Below the pieces are notes generated by a model, which was not told the DNA's origin, did not search any database, and saw nothing but the letters and a program-made list of their open reading frames with translations. Positions 9,686-19,980 of a DNA stretch of 34,526 nucleotides are shown piece after piece (the stretch's first letter is position 1; every line of letters starts with the position of its first letter). Source of the DNA: a bacterium (lineage in GTDB: Bacteria; Hinthialibacterota; Hinthialibacteria; Hinthialibacterales; Hinthialibacteraceae); NCBI GenBank assembly GCA_963663405.2, contig CAXXSM010000071.1, positions 1 through 34,526 of the forward strand. The letters are read 5' to 3'. Both the position numbers and the translations under genes were made by a program.

Positions 9686-12283
9686 TTACGCTTTCTGAGT
9701 GGCTGCTTTAGTGATCGCTTTCGTTAACTTTGATTCTTTCCCCAGCATCAGTAGCAACGGACTCGCGATGAAAATAGAAGAATAGGTACCAATGACGATA
9801 CCGATCATTAAGGTTTTCGCGAAATCATGAATCACCGCGCCGCCAAAGAAGAACAGTGTGGCCACAACAAAGAACGTTGTCAAAGAGGTATTGATAGTAC
9901 GAGACAGGGTCTGGTTGATACTGTAATTAACAATATCCGCAAAATGGAGCAGCGCCGATGAATAATTCTCACGAATCCGGTCGAAGACGACAATCGTGTC
10001 GTTCAGCGAATACCCCACTACAGTGAGCAGGGCGGCGATAATCGGTAGATTGAACTCCGTCCCCGTGAACGCCAATACCGCCAGGGTAAAGAACACATCG
10101 TGGAACAACGCCGCCACCGCCGCCACGGCGAAACGGAATTGGAAACGGGCGGTAATATACATCAGAATCCCGATACTCGCGAAGATCAAGCAATACAGTC
10201 CTTTCAACAACAATTCCCCTCCAACCTTCGCCCCGACGAGGTCCGAGGAAATCTCTTCGAAAGGATATTCGTTTAATAACTCCCCTAATTTTTCCCTCAG
10301 TTCCGCCGGAGGAATCACTTCTTGATTCTCATCCGGAGGAACGCGGATCATCATCTGGTTGTCTTCACCCAGAATCTCTTGGATCATGCTGTCTTCATAA
10401 CCACCTGACTCAAGCGTGCTGCGAATGGTATCGACTGAGACGGGATCATTGAATTTCACCCACATCTCTGTCCCTCCGGCAAAATCGATGCCCCGCAACG
10501 AGTGCCAATTCAAACAGAAGAAAAGAACGCCGATGACACCGATCGAAACAGTCGTTGTTAAACACGCTTTGGCATTGGCTAAGAAATTATATTTCGCATT
10601 GGCGAAGAAATGGAACGAACCCACCTTCAAATCGGTCATCCCACCCGCGACGAGATAATCATAAATCACACGAGTGACGAAGATCGCCGTGAACATCGAC
10701 ACAAGAATTCCCAACGAGAGAGTGACTGCAAATCCCTTGATCGGTCCTGTTCCAAATTGAAACAGCACCAACGCGGTAATCAGCGTTGTTATATTGGCGT
10801 CAAAGATTGTCATGAACGCGCGGCCATACCCCTTATCGAGAACGATCTGCGCCGTTTTCGCCCGTTTGCCCTTCATCTCCTCCCGGAGCCGCTCGAAGAT
10901 CAGCACGTTCGCGTCGACCGCCATACCGATGGTTAATACGATTCCAGCGATACCCGGAAGCGTCAGCGTGGCTTTAAACATCGCCATCCCCGCCATGATA
11001 AGAAACAGGCTCATGATCATCGCGAAATCGGCGATTGCGCCAGCCAGGGCGTAATAGACTACCATAAAGATCAGAACCACGATCCCGCCCAGGATCCCCG
11101 CGTACAATCCTTTCTGGATCGAGTCCTGCCCCAGCGAAGGCCCGACCACCCGGCTTTCCGCAATCTCCAATGGAGCGGGCATCGCGCCGGCCCGTAAAAC
11201 TACGGAGATCTGACGCGCTTCCGTAAAATCGTTGATTCCGGAAATCCGCGCGCTCCCGCCGGAAATCCGTTCGTCAATACTCGGCGCCGTATAGACCGTA
11301 TCTCCCATCACAATCGCGAGATACTCTCCAACATGCTTCGCGGTCTCACGGGCGAAAATGTTTTTCCCTTCGGAATCGAAGGTGAGCAGAACGATGGGTT
11401 TGTTGGACATCGGATCCACGTCCATCCAAGCGGAAGCCAGGTTTCGCCCACCCAGTTTCGGTTTATCTTCAATCAGGAATAAGTACCGGTGCGGAAAATT
11501 GTAGTACGCGTTCTCTTCCTCCACGACTCCCCACGCCAAACGCCATTCCCGTGGGATTAGGCTCTGCACCACTTCGCGTTCCAGAATCCCTTTGATGATA
11601 TTCACTTGATCTGGGTCTTTTACAATCACGGCGGCGCGATAAGGATCCGCCCCGGCGAACAGGCTGGGCAAATCTTCCTCGATCGCCGCGTCGATATCGC
11701 CGATCAAGCGCATCAGTTCATTTTGCGGTGGCAGCAGATGGAACGAAAGAACCGCCTCCAGTTTGACCAGCCGCTCAACATCGTCAACATCGCTGACGCC
11801 CGGCATTTCCAGAACGAGACGATCGGGCGGTTGTTTCACCAGCGCGGTTTCCGACACGCCATATTGGTTGACACGCTCTTCGATCACCGCGGCCGCGCTG
11901 TCAAGGACCGTCTCCTTCGCATAATCGATTTCTTTAACGGTTTTCCCTTCCGCGCGCAGCTGCTCTTCCAGCGCGTTCCGGTCCACCATGATCACCAGGT
12001 GAACGCCCCCCTGCAGGTCGAGTCCCAATCGGATGCTTTTCTCTTTTAAATCACGGAAATTTTCACTCAATAAAAGCTGCCGGTTTTGGAGTGTCTTCCT
12101 TTCCTCATCGGAGAGACCGCCATCTTGAATTTTCTGGGTAACCTCCTCCATTTCGGGGGTGACGCCCGAATTGCGAACGTACGGCGTATACGAGTAAAAC
12201 TGGAACGTGGGCATCAAAATATAGAGGGACATAAGTAATACACACGCGATAACAACGATTTTCCAAACCGGTACCCTCTGCAT
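9686..12283 (-). CDS. secDF: Fused protein translocase subunit SecDF
   Basis: LGLDLQGG, VGPSLG, GMAVDANVLIFER (SecD); GIDFAGG, GYSLNDTIVVFDRIRE (SecF); AAGGAG upstream of ATG 12283. Confidence 0.95.
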   Translation of the reverse strand: MQRVPVWKIVVIACVLLMSLYILMPTFQFYSYTPYVRNSGVTPEMEEVTQKIQDGGLSDEERKTLQNRQLLLSENFRDLKEKSIRLGLDLQGGVHLVIMVDRNALEEQLRAEGKTVKEIDYAKETVLDSAAAVIEERVNQYGVSETALVKQPPDRLVLEMPGVSDVDDVERLVKLEAVLSFHLLPPQNELMRLIGDIDAAIEEDLPSLFAGADPYRAAVIVKDPDQVNIIKGILEREVVQSLIPREWRLAWGVVEEENAYYNFPHRYLFLIEDKPKLGGRNLASAWMDVDPMSNKPIVLLTFDSEGKNIFARETAKHVGEYLAIVMGDTVYTAPSIDERISGGSARISGINDFTEARQISVVLRAGAMPAPLEIAESRVVGPSLGQDSIQKGLYAGILGGIVVLIFMVVYYALAGAIADFAMIMSLFLIMAGMAMFKATLTLPGIAGIVLTIGMAVDANVLIFERLREEMKGKRAKTAQIVLDKGYGRAFMTIFDANITTLITALVLFQFGTGPIKGFAVTLSLGILVSMFTAIFVTRVIYDYLVAGGMTDLKVGSFHFFANAKYNFLANAKACLTTTVSIGVIGVLFFCLNWHSLRGIDFAGGTEMWVKFNDPVSVDTIRSTLESGGYEDSMIQEILGEDNQMMIRVPPDENQEVIPPAELREKLGELLNEYPFEEISSDLVGAKVGGELLLKGLYCLIFASIGILMYITARFQFRFAVAAVAALFHDVFFTLAVLAFTGTEFNLPIIAALLTVVGYSLNDTIVVFDRIRENYSSALLHFADIVNYSINQTLSRTINTSLTTFFVVATLFFFGGAVIHDFAKTLMIGIVIGTYSSIFIASPLLLMLGKESKLTKAITKAATQKA

Positions 12284-12432
12284 AATCGAATGTACTCCTT
12301 CGGGATCGTAAGAGACGAGTTGGCGCGTTCGAGGATATATTTCTGTACAGAACGCATAAAACATACAATTAAAACATCACTTTTTCGTCTGTCAACGTAT
12401 ACGAAAAACACGAATCCTCTTTTTCGCGTTCT

Positions 12433-12588
12433 CCTCACCCTAACTACGCTGATTTAAAAGGGATATTTCAGCAGGAAAGAATGTTCCCACCCTCCTCGCG
12501 TATCATGCCTGCCGCATGAAGTTATAATACTAAGCGTAGGGAACCCCCCAAAATCCCCCTCCCAAGCCTGGGAAGGATTAGGTGAGGG
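12433..12588. repeat. Remnants of a CCCTCACCCTAAC / CCCCTCCC..GGGA.GG.TTAGG.TGAGGG palindromic repeat
   Basis: CCTCACCCTAAC at 12433-12444 and CCCCTCCCAAGCCTGGGAAGGATTAGGTGAGGG at about 12556-12588. Confidence 0.5.
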
Positions 12589-12624
12589 TTGAAAATATAA
12601 GAAGAATAAAACTCGATAATCGCT

Positions 12625-12681
12625 ATGAAACGAGAGATAGAACTTCGTCAAACACAAACACCCGCCGAAAAGCGATTATGA
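12625..12681 (+). pseudogene. N-terminal remnant of a DUF559 (Vsr-like) endonuclease
   Basis: MKREIELRQTQTPAEKRL* matches the ARELRxxxTPAExxLW start of DUF559, with the Trp codon replaced by TGA; followed by a half REP. Confidence 0.55.
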
Positions 12682-12687
12682 GCGGAC

Positions 12688-12700
12688 GCCCAGGGCAAGG
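12688..12700 (+). repeat. Half copy of the RAYT-associated REP
   Basis: GCCCAGGGCAAGG, identical to the 5' arm of the REPs at 24323 and 25764. Confidence 0.5.
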
Positions 12701-12729
12701 TTTGGCGCTATGTCCCGATAACCCACAAT

Positions 12730-13578
12730 TCAATCTTTCAAAGTAGAAGATCTCCAAAACGCTTCCAACCGACTCAATTTCTCGATTGAACAAGGCTGAT
12801 ACGGAACAATCACGCATATCCCCGCTTCTCCCTTCGCCGCGAGTTTTGCGGTCAAACGGGTATACCCCAACACACTATCCGATGCAAGATCCTTGTATGG
12901 CGCCTCAATCCGCCGCGCCCATGTCTCCATCTCCCAGCCATCCGCTTCCGGTACCCAATACACAAGACGTCCACTCTGCACAAACGCCCGGCGATGGAAA
13001 TACCACGCCCAGCCTGGATTCCAATTGTCCGCTTGCGGCGTCAATTGTGTGACAGGGGATTGCGTGGGAGCCAAGACAAATCCCAACGTCCCATTCTTCT
13101 CCCGCTCCGGAGGTGGGGCATGACGCCAGGCGGCCCATACAACCGCTTGGTTCTCTTGCGCGGAAAGGTTAACCACCGTCACCGATAAAATCCCCACCCG
13201 CGCCGATTCCGTCGCGTCTCCGATCGTGAGAGGGATCACATGAAATTCATACCGGCATTGCGATTCTTGCGTGGAAAAATGGATAACGCCGGACGCGTCA
13301 GCGCGCCAAGTAAGCGGTACGGCCTGCCGTGGATTTATTCCAATAAAAGGCGCGAGTTCCCCCTCCATCCCACGCAGACAGGAATCCGTTGTCAAAAGAA
13401 AATCAGAGGAAATAATACGGGTCGCCCCCTCAATCGCGCCGGTAACGATAGACCGCGCCAACACCATCTCAGACGCCGATCCAAGAGAAGAGAACAAAGT
13501 AAAATAGAACAAACAAACGAAAACCAGGGCGCTGCGAAAAGCGCCCTGGTTGATTGATTGTTGAACCATTATCCGCAT
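12730..13578 (-). CDS. Hypothetical exported protein
   Basis: Long ORF directly downstream of rplI with a hydrophobic N-terminal segment; start uncertain; no family recognised. Confidence 0.6.
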   Translation of the reverse strand: MRIMVQQSINQGAFRSALVFVCLFYFTLFSSLGSASEMVLARSIVTGAIEGATRIISSDFLLTTDSCLRGMEGELAPFIGINPRQAVPLTWRADASGVIHFSTQESQCRYEFHVIPLTIGDATESARVGILSVTVVNLSAQENQAVVWAAWRHAPPPEREKNGTLGFVLAPTQSPVTQLTPQADNWNPGWAWYFHRRAFVQSGRLVYWVPEADGWEMETWARRIEAPYKDLASDSVLGYTRLTAKLAAKGEAGICVIVPYQPCSIEKLSRLEAFWRSSTLKD

Positions 13579-13616
13579 GACGAACCTCCCGCTCCCGCAG
13601 AGCGGATTCGCCATCC

Positions 13617-14066
13617 TTATTCTTCTTCCTTGACAACCCACACTTTAAGATCCGCGGATACATCTCCGGAAAGACGCACGGGAACCGTGTAGACGCCCAA
13701 AGCGCGGATCGGCTCATCCAATTGGATCTTGCGTCGGTCCACTTCGTACCCTTTTGCTTCCAGCGCCGTCGCGATGTCTTTGCTGGTCACGCTTCCGAAG
13801 ATCCGGTCTTCTTCCCCGACTTTGACGGGCACATTGATCGAAATTTCGGACAAGCGGGTGGCCAATCCCTGTTCCGTCTTGATCCGCCGTTTCAATTGAT
13901 CGTGCAGGAGGCGTTTTTTATGTTCGATCTGGGAGGCGTTCGCGCCGGACGCGGAAAACGCCAATCCTTTAGGGATCAGAAAATTCCGGGCGTAGCCCCC
14001 TTTGACTTTGACAATATCACCTTGACCGCCGAGATTCGGCACGTCATCACGTAAAATCACTTCCAT
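13617..14066 (-). CDS. rplI: 50S ribosomal protein L9
   Basis: MEVILRDDVPNLG..GDIVKVKGGYARNFLIPKGLA; FGSVT motif. Confidence 0.97.
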   Translation of the reverse strand: MEVILRDDVPNLGGQGDIVKVKGGYARNFLIPKGLAFSASGANASQIEHKKRLLHDQLKRRIKTEQGLATRLSEISINVPVKVGEEDRIFGSVTSKDIATALEAKGYEVDRRKIQLDEPIRALGVYTVPVRLSGDVSADLKVWVVKEEE

Positions 14067-14224
14067 GATCTTTCTCGATCTCCTTCTTCAGCTGGCGATC
14101 CAAAACGGCGCGCAAAAACGAACCACCCGGATCTTATTCCCAGACAGGAAAAAAACAAAAAAATATTATCGCTCCTTTATGAACTTTTTGTAAGGGGCGT
14201 GAAATCGAACAGTATAGCTTGTTC

Positions 14225-14336
14225 GTCTGAACCCTGATTCTAAGGATTATTTGATTACCATGATTAAAAATCAAGAAAATCAAGCGAATCAAGTAAGACA
14301 GCGCCAGCTAGCTGGCTTTTTAATCAAGGTTCAGAC
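14225..14336. repeat. Imperfect palindromic repeat (GTCTGAAC..GATT-rich / AATC-rich..GTTCAGAC), copy 1
   Basis: Terminal inverted repeat GTCTGAACC/GGTTCAGAC with periodic GATT and AATC motifs; 14249-14336 recurs at 15329-15416. Confidence 0.85.
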
Positions 14337-14403
14337 CAGAAGAATCATGCATAGTACTGCAGGGCTCCAAAATTCTCCATATAAAGTGAACGATTGAGAG
14401 GGT

Positions 14404-14435
14404 GGCCAGGGCAAGGTTTTTCATCTGCCCTGGCC
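14404..14435 (+). repeat. REP copy of the RAYT family
   Basis: GGCCAGGGCA-AGGTTTTTCATC-TGCCCTGGCC hairpin. Confidence 0.8.
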
Positions 14436-14501
14436 TTATTCCAAACAATTTTCGAACAGCGTGTCGATCGTTATTCATCTTAAACGACATAGAATAACAA
14501 C

Positions 14502-15281
14502 TCACTTTTCAGGAAAATATCCTTTAAATTTCTTCCCCGCTTCGATTCGCTTTCTGAATCTATCGGGGATTCGCACATCTCGAATATCCCACGGTTGAAG
14601 GGTTGGATCTTTCAAAAAGGATGTAATGATGGATTGATAGTCTTCATCCATACTGTCATACATCAATGGAGCGATCGCTTTCGCGCTTTTTTCATCAATT
14701 TTATACAAAGTTATGAAAGATTTGATTCGAATTAACACATTGACCTTCGAATCCAGCGCGATTTCCCGCAACGGATCAACCGATTTTTCCCCACATTGAA
14801 CCGCCAAATAAATAAATGGATACTCTTCCAATTTTGGTCCATTAGCTTTATACCCTCCCATAAAATATTTTCTGCGAAAATTTAGACATCGATCGAATTC
14901 GTCTGCATAGTTATCTTTCATAAAATAAAGCGGTGTGACACTCTTCACTTCAGAAGCGATTTGGCAAATCGCGGCAATATCGTAAACCTTTCTTGCTCCT
15001 ATATTAAGACGGCCTTCATATTTCTTTACTAGTTGTTTTTCGAGCAAACCTTCAATAACTTGATCCGGGCTTTTCTTTAGCAGCGATATCTCTTCTGAAT
15101 ACAATCTTCTATTTTCTTCGATTGTTTCATGTGGAATAGAACCAAAAGAAAATTTGTAATTATCAATTCCCTGAGCGGATGATACATGTTCTTTTTCGTT
15201 CACTTCTTGAGAAACACAATCAAATCCTGCAATAAGAAGTGTTATAGTAGATAGGAGTATTTTAACGTATGTTTTTTTCAT
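14502..15281 (-). CDS. AT-rich hypothetical protein with signal peptide
   Basis: Long open frame; MKKTYVKILLSTITLLIAG signal-like start (alternative starts up to 15323); visibly AT-richer than the core genes. Confidence 0.7.
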   Translation of the reverse strand: MKKTYVKILLSTITLLIAGFDCVSQEVNEKEHVSSAQGIDNYKFSFGSIPHETIEENRRLYSEEISLLKKSPDQVIEGLLEKQLVKKYEGRLNIGARKVYDIAAICQIASEVKSVTPLYFMKDNYADEFDRCLNFRRKYFMGGYKANGPKLEEYPFIYLAVQCGEKSVDPLREIALDSKVNVLIRIKSFITLYKIDEKSAKAIAPLMYDSMDEDYQSIITSFLKDPTLQPWDIRDVRIPDRFRKRIEAGKKFKGYFPEK

Positions 15282-15328
15282 CTTTATCATCTTTTTGTTG
15301 ATTGTTTTTGAATGAATTACCATTGTTC

Positions 15329-15416
15329 ATTTGATGACCGTGATTAAAAATCAAGAAAATCAAGCGAATCAAGTAAAATAGCGCCAGCTGGCTGGCTTTT
15401 TAATCAAGGTTCAGAC
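15329..15416. repeat. Copy 2 (5'-truncated) of the 14225 repeat
   Basis: 88-bp ungapped match to 14249-14336, 5 mismatches by manual count. Confidence 0.88.
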
Positions 15417-15538
15417 AAAATAATAATACGTATCAAAATATTGATCGCTACTTATTTATGAATTTTAGTGGAGAAATAGGCGTTAATTCGGCAGGATTTG
15501 TTAATAAATCATAATTTCCGAACGGTTATTCGTATCAA

Positions 15539-16765
15539 TCAAACCGTCACCGTCGTCGCTTCCGGATCTAATTTCACCCGTTTGCCGTGACGGTATGCCA
15601 CATTAGCCAAGTGAGGCCCGCAAACAGCCGTATGCCCGACTTCCACTGGCGCGTTGGGTTCTTTCCGGGTCTTCATGCATTCGACGAAGTTATCCACATG
15701 CGGCTGGCTGGGCAGTTCACCTTTGTAATCAATGTGCGGCTTGCCGGGGAAATCGCTGCCTTCAGGTTTGTCTTTATCCAGATAGACCTGGAATCCAAAC
15801 CGGTGCAGGTGCATTGTTCCATTGATCCCTTGGAACGTCACATGCCACCAGTCGTAATAATTGCTTGTATAATTGATCGTCCAAGTCGCCACCGTGTTTT
15901 TATACCGCAGTGTGGTCGTGAACACATCGGGCGTATCCGCGCCGATATTTTGTTTGATAAAGCCGAACGCGTCCGCTTCGAGCGGTGTCCCCTGGCCGAG
16001 GTACCACTGGACCACGTCCATGATGTGCGTTCCCTGATCGTTGGAGATACCACCGGAGAATTTCTGGAATACGCGCCAATTCCGCACATATTTCGGTTCG
16101 AATGGAATGCCTTCGTTCGGCCATTGGAACCGGTCCCAGTCGACTTCATAGCCGAGAGGAGAATTGTTCTGCGGGTGGGAGGCGTTCCAATTCCATTGCG
16201 CTTTCACGAAGGTAATATCGCCCAAAATTCCTGTGCGGATCACTTTCAGCCCTTCATGAATGAGGGGCGCGCTGCGGCGCTGCATGCCGATTTGGACAAT
16301 TTGATTCGTTTTTCGAACTTCTTTCACCGTCCAAGCGCCTTCTTCGATCGAGTGGGACATCGGTTTTTCGCAATACACGTCTTTTCCCGCTTGGGCGGCG
16401 GCGACCATTTGACGGCAGTGTTGATGTTCGGGTGTGCCGATCACGACCGCGTCAATGTCTTTCCGTTCAAGCAGATCTCGGAAATCTTTGTAGACTTCAA
16501 TTTTTCCATCGTTATTGCGCGCCGCGTCTTTCAAACCATCGGCGATTTTCGGTTCCGACACGTCACTGATGGCTGCAAATTTAATATCATGATGCTGGTG
16601 CATTACCATGACACTACGCCCGCGTCCCCCGGAACCAATCAATCCCATGACGGGAGTGTCATTCGCTCCCATCACAGTCTTTGATATCAAAAGAGGAGCC
16701 GCAAAAACCGCGCTTGCGGCGGCGGATGTTTGTATCGCTTGCCGGCGATCGATCTTTTTATTCAT
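15539..16765 (-). CDS. Tat-exported Gfo/Idh/MocA oxidoreductase
   Basis: DRRQAI twin-arginine signal; GSGGRG Rossmann motif; GKDVYCEKP. Confidence 0.9.
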   Translation of the reverse strand: MNKKIDRRQAIQTSAAASAVFAAPLLISKTVMGANDTPVMGLIGSGGRGRSVMVMHQHHDIKFAAISDVSEPKIADGLKDAARNNDGKIEVYKDFRDLLERKDIDAVVIGTPEHQHCRQMVAAAQAGKDVYCEKPMSHSIEEGAWTVKEVRKTNQIVQIGMQRRSAPLIHEGLKVIRTGILGDITFVKAQWNWNASHPQNNSPLGYEVDWDRFQWPNEGIPFEPKYVRNWRVFQKFSGGISNDQGTHIMDVVQWYLGQGTPLEADAFGFIKQNIGADTPDVFTTTLRYKNTVATWTINYTSNYYDWWHVTFQGINGTMHLHRFGFQVYLDKDKPEGSDFPGKPHIDYKGELPSQPHVDNFVECMKTRKEPNAPVEVGHTAVCGPHLANVAYRHGKRVKLDPEATTVTV

Positions 16766-16868
16766 GTTTCATTTCTCCTTATTATTGTTGTATATAAACT
16801 AGGATGCGTAAAAAACTATATTGACCGAAAAACCTTCAGTTTCAACACACGGCCAATTAACGCCTTTT

Positions 16869-16919
16869 CCTTCAGCCTTCAGCCTAATCCCCTACTCAAT
16901 CCCCTACTCAATCCCCTAG
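16869..16919. repeat. Short tandem repeats
   Basis: CCTTCAG x2 followed by AATCCCCT at 16886, 16898 and 16910 (12-bp period). Confidence 0.7.
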
Positions 16920-18232
16920 CTAATCTTCCATTCTTTCCGGTATTCAGGCCGTAGAAACGGTTCCGCATCAGGGCAGCCTTTAGCGTTCATCGTCTTTGCG
17001 TCCCATTCGAATTCTTCTCCGATCCGGTACGCTAGATTACCTAATAATACTGTTTCCGTCATGGGACCGGTGTAATCGAAATTGCATGTCGCAGGCTCCC
17101 CGCCTTTACAGGCGTTGATCCATTCCTGATGAAAACCGGGCGAATCAGGAATCGTCATTGGCGGCGCTTGAAAATCGGCGAAATCCGCTTCGGGATACAA
17201 TTTGCGCTTATTGAAATCACAAACTAGAATCCCTTTCGAGCCGACGAAAACGTTGTTACCCGAGCTCGGAATCCCACGCTCCTCCAAAATCGGGAAGGGT
17301 TTATTTGTATGAGACCAATGAAGGATCACCGGAGGCATATCACCCCGCGCCGGGAACTCATACTTCACGAACATGGCCTTCGGCGTTCTCTGTTCGTCCA
17401 CAGCCGGACCCGACGCCGATACTTTTGTAACGTGACCCAGCTTCAGCGCCCAGTAAGGAATATCCAGAATGTGGCAGCCCCAGTTCCCCGTTTCTCCCGT
17501 TCCAAAATCCCACCAAAACCGCCATTTATAGGGACAGTATTCAGGGCTGTAGGGGCGCGACTTGGCGGGACCGAGCCACAAATCCCATTTCAAATGCTTG
17601 GGGACCGGTGGAAATGTGGTCGGTGGTTCGGGCATCCCCCGGTCACCCCCGACACGGGAATACACTTCGCGCACTTCACCGATCGCTCCCGATTGGATGA
17701 TCTCAATAATCCGGTGCATATTGAGGATGGTATGTCTCTGAACGCCGAGCTGCGTCGCCAGTTTCATTTCATGGGCCACTTTGGTCATCGCCCGCACTTC
17801 GGATACCGTGTGCGCCATCGGTTTCTCGCAATAGCAGTGTTTCCCCATCCGCATGGCCATCAAAGCCGCATGCGCGTGGGTATGATCCGGCGTGCTCACT
17901 GTGACGGCGTCGATTTCACTGCCGATTTTATCAAGCATCACACGGTAGTCATAGAATTTTTTCGCTTTGGGAAATTTTACATAGGCGTCTCCGGCCCGCT
18001 CGTCATCCACGTCACACAACGCGATGATATTTTCCCCCGACGCGCCATTCAAATTCGAGCGTCCCTGTCCCCCGATCCCGATCACAGCGACGTTCAGCTT
18101 ATTGTTGGCCGCATAGGATGTCGCGCCTGTAAATCCAGGTAAAAACAACAAGCCTCCAGCGGCTGTTGCGCCGCGTAAGATCTGCCGCCGGTTCATTGTT
18201 TTTGTATTCTTATTCTTATTGTCTAATCCCAT
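16916..18232 (-). CDS. Tat-exported Gfo/Idh/MocA oxidoreductase
   Basis: NRRQIL twin-arginine signal; GIGGQG; GKHCYCEKP; WDLWLGPA; AAGGAGG RBS. Confidence 0.92.
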   Translation of the reverse strand: MGLDNKNKNTKTMNRRQILRGATAAGGLLFLPGFTGATSYAANNKLNVAVIGIGGQGRSNLNGASGENIIALCDVDDERAGDAYVKFPKAKKFYDYRVMLDKIGSEIDAVTVSTPDHTHAHAALMAMRMGKHCYCEKPMAHTVSEVRAMTKVAHEMKLATQLGVQRHTILNMHRIIEIIQSGAIGEVREVYSRVGGDRGMPEPPTTFPPVPKHLKWDLWLGPAKSRPYSPEYCPYKWRFWWDFGTGETGNWGCHILDIPYWALKLGHVTKVSASGPAVDEQRTPKAMFVKYEFPARGDMPPVILHWSHTNKPFPILEERGIPSSGNNVFVGSKGILVCDFNKRKLYPEADFADFQAPPMTIPDSPGFHQEWINACKGGEPATCNFDYTGPMTETVLLGNLAYRIGEEFEWDAKTMNAKGCPDAEPFLRPEYRKEWKIS

Positions 18233-18289
18233 ATTGATCCTCCTTATGGTTCGCGCAGTGTCAAAATAGCGGTTCTTTATTATTCAAAC

Positions 18290-19012
18290 TTATTTGGACA
18301 GATCTTTGATTTTAATATTTTTCCACCATACCTGTTTGCCTACTCGATCTAGATTATCGCCGACGCCATGCACCTGCAGCGCGATCAATCCGTACGTTGT
18401 CATTCCATCTTTGAGATTGGCCGCGGGAACGCCGTTGAGCCAGGTTTTAATCGAATCCCCGATCGCTTCGATGCGGAAATGGTTCCACTCCTCATGCTTA
18501 AATGCTTCACGGGCGGCCTTATTTTCATCCCCTTCCAAATTATTCAACCAGCCGCGCCGGGCTTCATCATAAATCCCGCCCGACCAGGCCCGGCTCGATG
18601 GATCAATCTCCACCTGGTAGCCGTGCACACGCCCTGGATTCACTTTTTTCTCTTCGATCGAACCATCCTCCGCCTTGACTTTATAGACAACCGGCTTGTC
18701 GTATACGTTGCTGCGGATTTGAATTCCCGAATTCAATCCTTCATCGACTTTAAAATCAATTTCTAAAATGAAATCGGTATAGCGCTTTTTGGTGCAGAGA
18801 AAACTATTGCCGGTCTTTGGAACGGATGTGCCAGTGATCACACCGTCCTCGATCGTATACGTGGCGGTTCCACCGTGCTGTTCCCAAGCGTCCAGACTAT
18901 CCCCGCGAATCAGATCAACAAATCCATCCTCATCCGCGCTGGATACAGCGCCAACAGCAAGAATCATCAGTAAACCGACTATGAGACGTTTCGAAGGTGT
19001 AACATATAACAT
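18290..19012 (-). CDS. DUF1080 (3-keto-disaccharide hydrolase-like) secreted protein
   Basis: [34 protein letters not shown] motifs; start at MLYV after AGGAG. Confidence 0.88.
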   Translation of the reverse strand: MLYVTPSKRLIVGLLMILAVGAVSSADEDGFVDLIRGDSLDAWEQHGGTATYTIEDGVITGTSVPKTGNSFLCTKKRYTDFILEIDFKVDEGLNSGIQIRSNVYDKPVVYKVKAEDGSIEEKKVNPGRVHGYQVEIDPSSRAWSGGIYDEARRGWLNNLEGDENKAAREAFKHEEWNHFRIEAIGDSIKTWLNGVPAANLKDGMTTYGLIALQVHGVGDNLDRVGKQVWWKNIKIKDLSK

Positions 19013-19551
19013 TTCTCTATCTCCTATAATGATTAGTGTGAAACCGATCGTTTGAAACCGGCAAAAGTTAAAAAAGTATATTCGAAAATGACAATCCATA
19101 AAGTCCCGGCTTGATTTAGGTAGAGTATCCATCAGGGGGAAATTATAATAGGATGGATCGCGCTTTATCGATCCACTAGGAATGATTCTATCCACTGTGC
19201 AGGAATTCACACGTGATAAAATGATGGTACTTACATTCTGCCTATGTCATACACTGCCATTAATGGTCAGAATAACAACCGGAGAATAAGCGGTAAGAAA
19301 TAAAACAGAAATAAGTCGAAATGTTAACTAACGACTCATCGGCACAAATGTAGATTGGCTTATCATACCCAGTCTAAAGGTAAGTTTCATCATGCAGAGT
19401 TTTAATAAGTCGCCGCATGACGTAGCTATAAAAAATGACTCTCCTTCCCCTACTCAGGATCAAAAGGAAAGTAAGTATTTAGGCTGGATAAACATAGCCT
19501 TCCAGAATGAATCGCCTCTTCCCGTGTAAACCGCCTTGCCGGCCACCCGCT

Positions 19552-19980
19552 TCAGCTGGGCAGGCTTCGATCGAGGGTATTCGATTCAATCAGGATCGTT
19601 TTTAATACATTTTGTTCCCGGTCGCTCAATTCTCGGATCTGTGATAAATACTCAATTAAAGGAGATGGGTTCTCTTTGAAATTCGTTCCAAAGAATTTCT
19701 TCAAATACATTTCAAACAAGTCCGTCCATGCGAGCACAGGCTTGTAAATATATTTCCTCCCCTGTTTCCGCCGGGTGAGATACCCCTTGCGGTAAAGATT
19801 TTGAATCATTGTAAGAACCGTTGTATACTTCCACTTCTTTTCCAACGAACAACGTTTGTATATCGAGGACACATCCGTTTCATTGACATCACAGATCAAG
19901 TTCAACACTTTCATCTCGGCGGGACTCAGCTCAATAAAACTGGTTGAGTCATAAATAATAAAATTATTAGAATCACACAT
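19552..19980 (-). CDS. BlaI/MecI/CopY-family transcriptional regulator
   Basis: ELSPAEMKVL...YTTVLTMIQNLYRKGYLTRRKQGRKYIYKP winged HTH; start uncertain. Confidence 0.85.
   Translation of the reverse strand: MCDSNNFIIYDSTSFIELSPAEMKVLNLICDVNETDVSSIYKRCSLEKKWKYTTVLTMIQNLYRKGYLTRRKQGRKYIYKPVLAWTDLFEMYLKKFFGTNFKENPSPLIEYLSQIRELSDREQNVLKTILIESNTLDRSLPS

Noticed and set aside
15587-18142. Long + strand ORFs (365 aa and 277 aa)
   Set aside because: Antisense shadows of well-supported Gfo/Idh/MocA genes, with no motifs.
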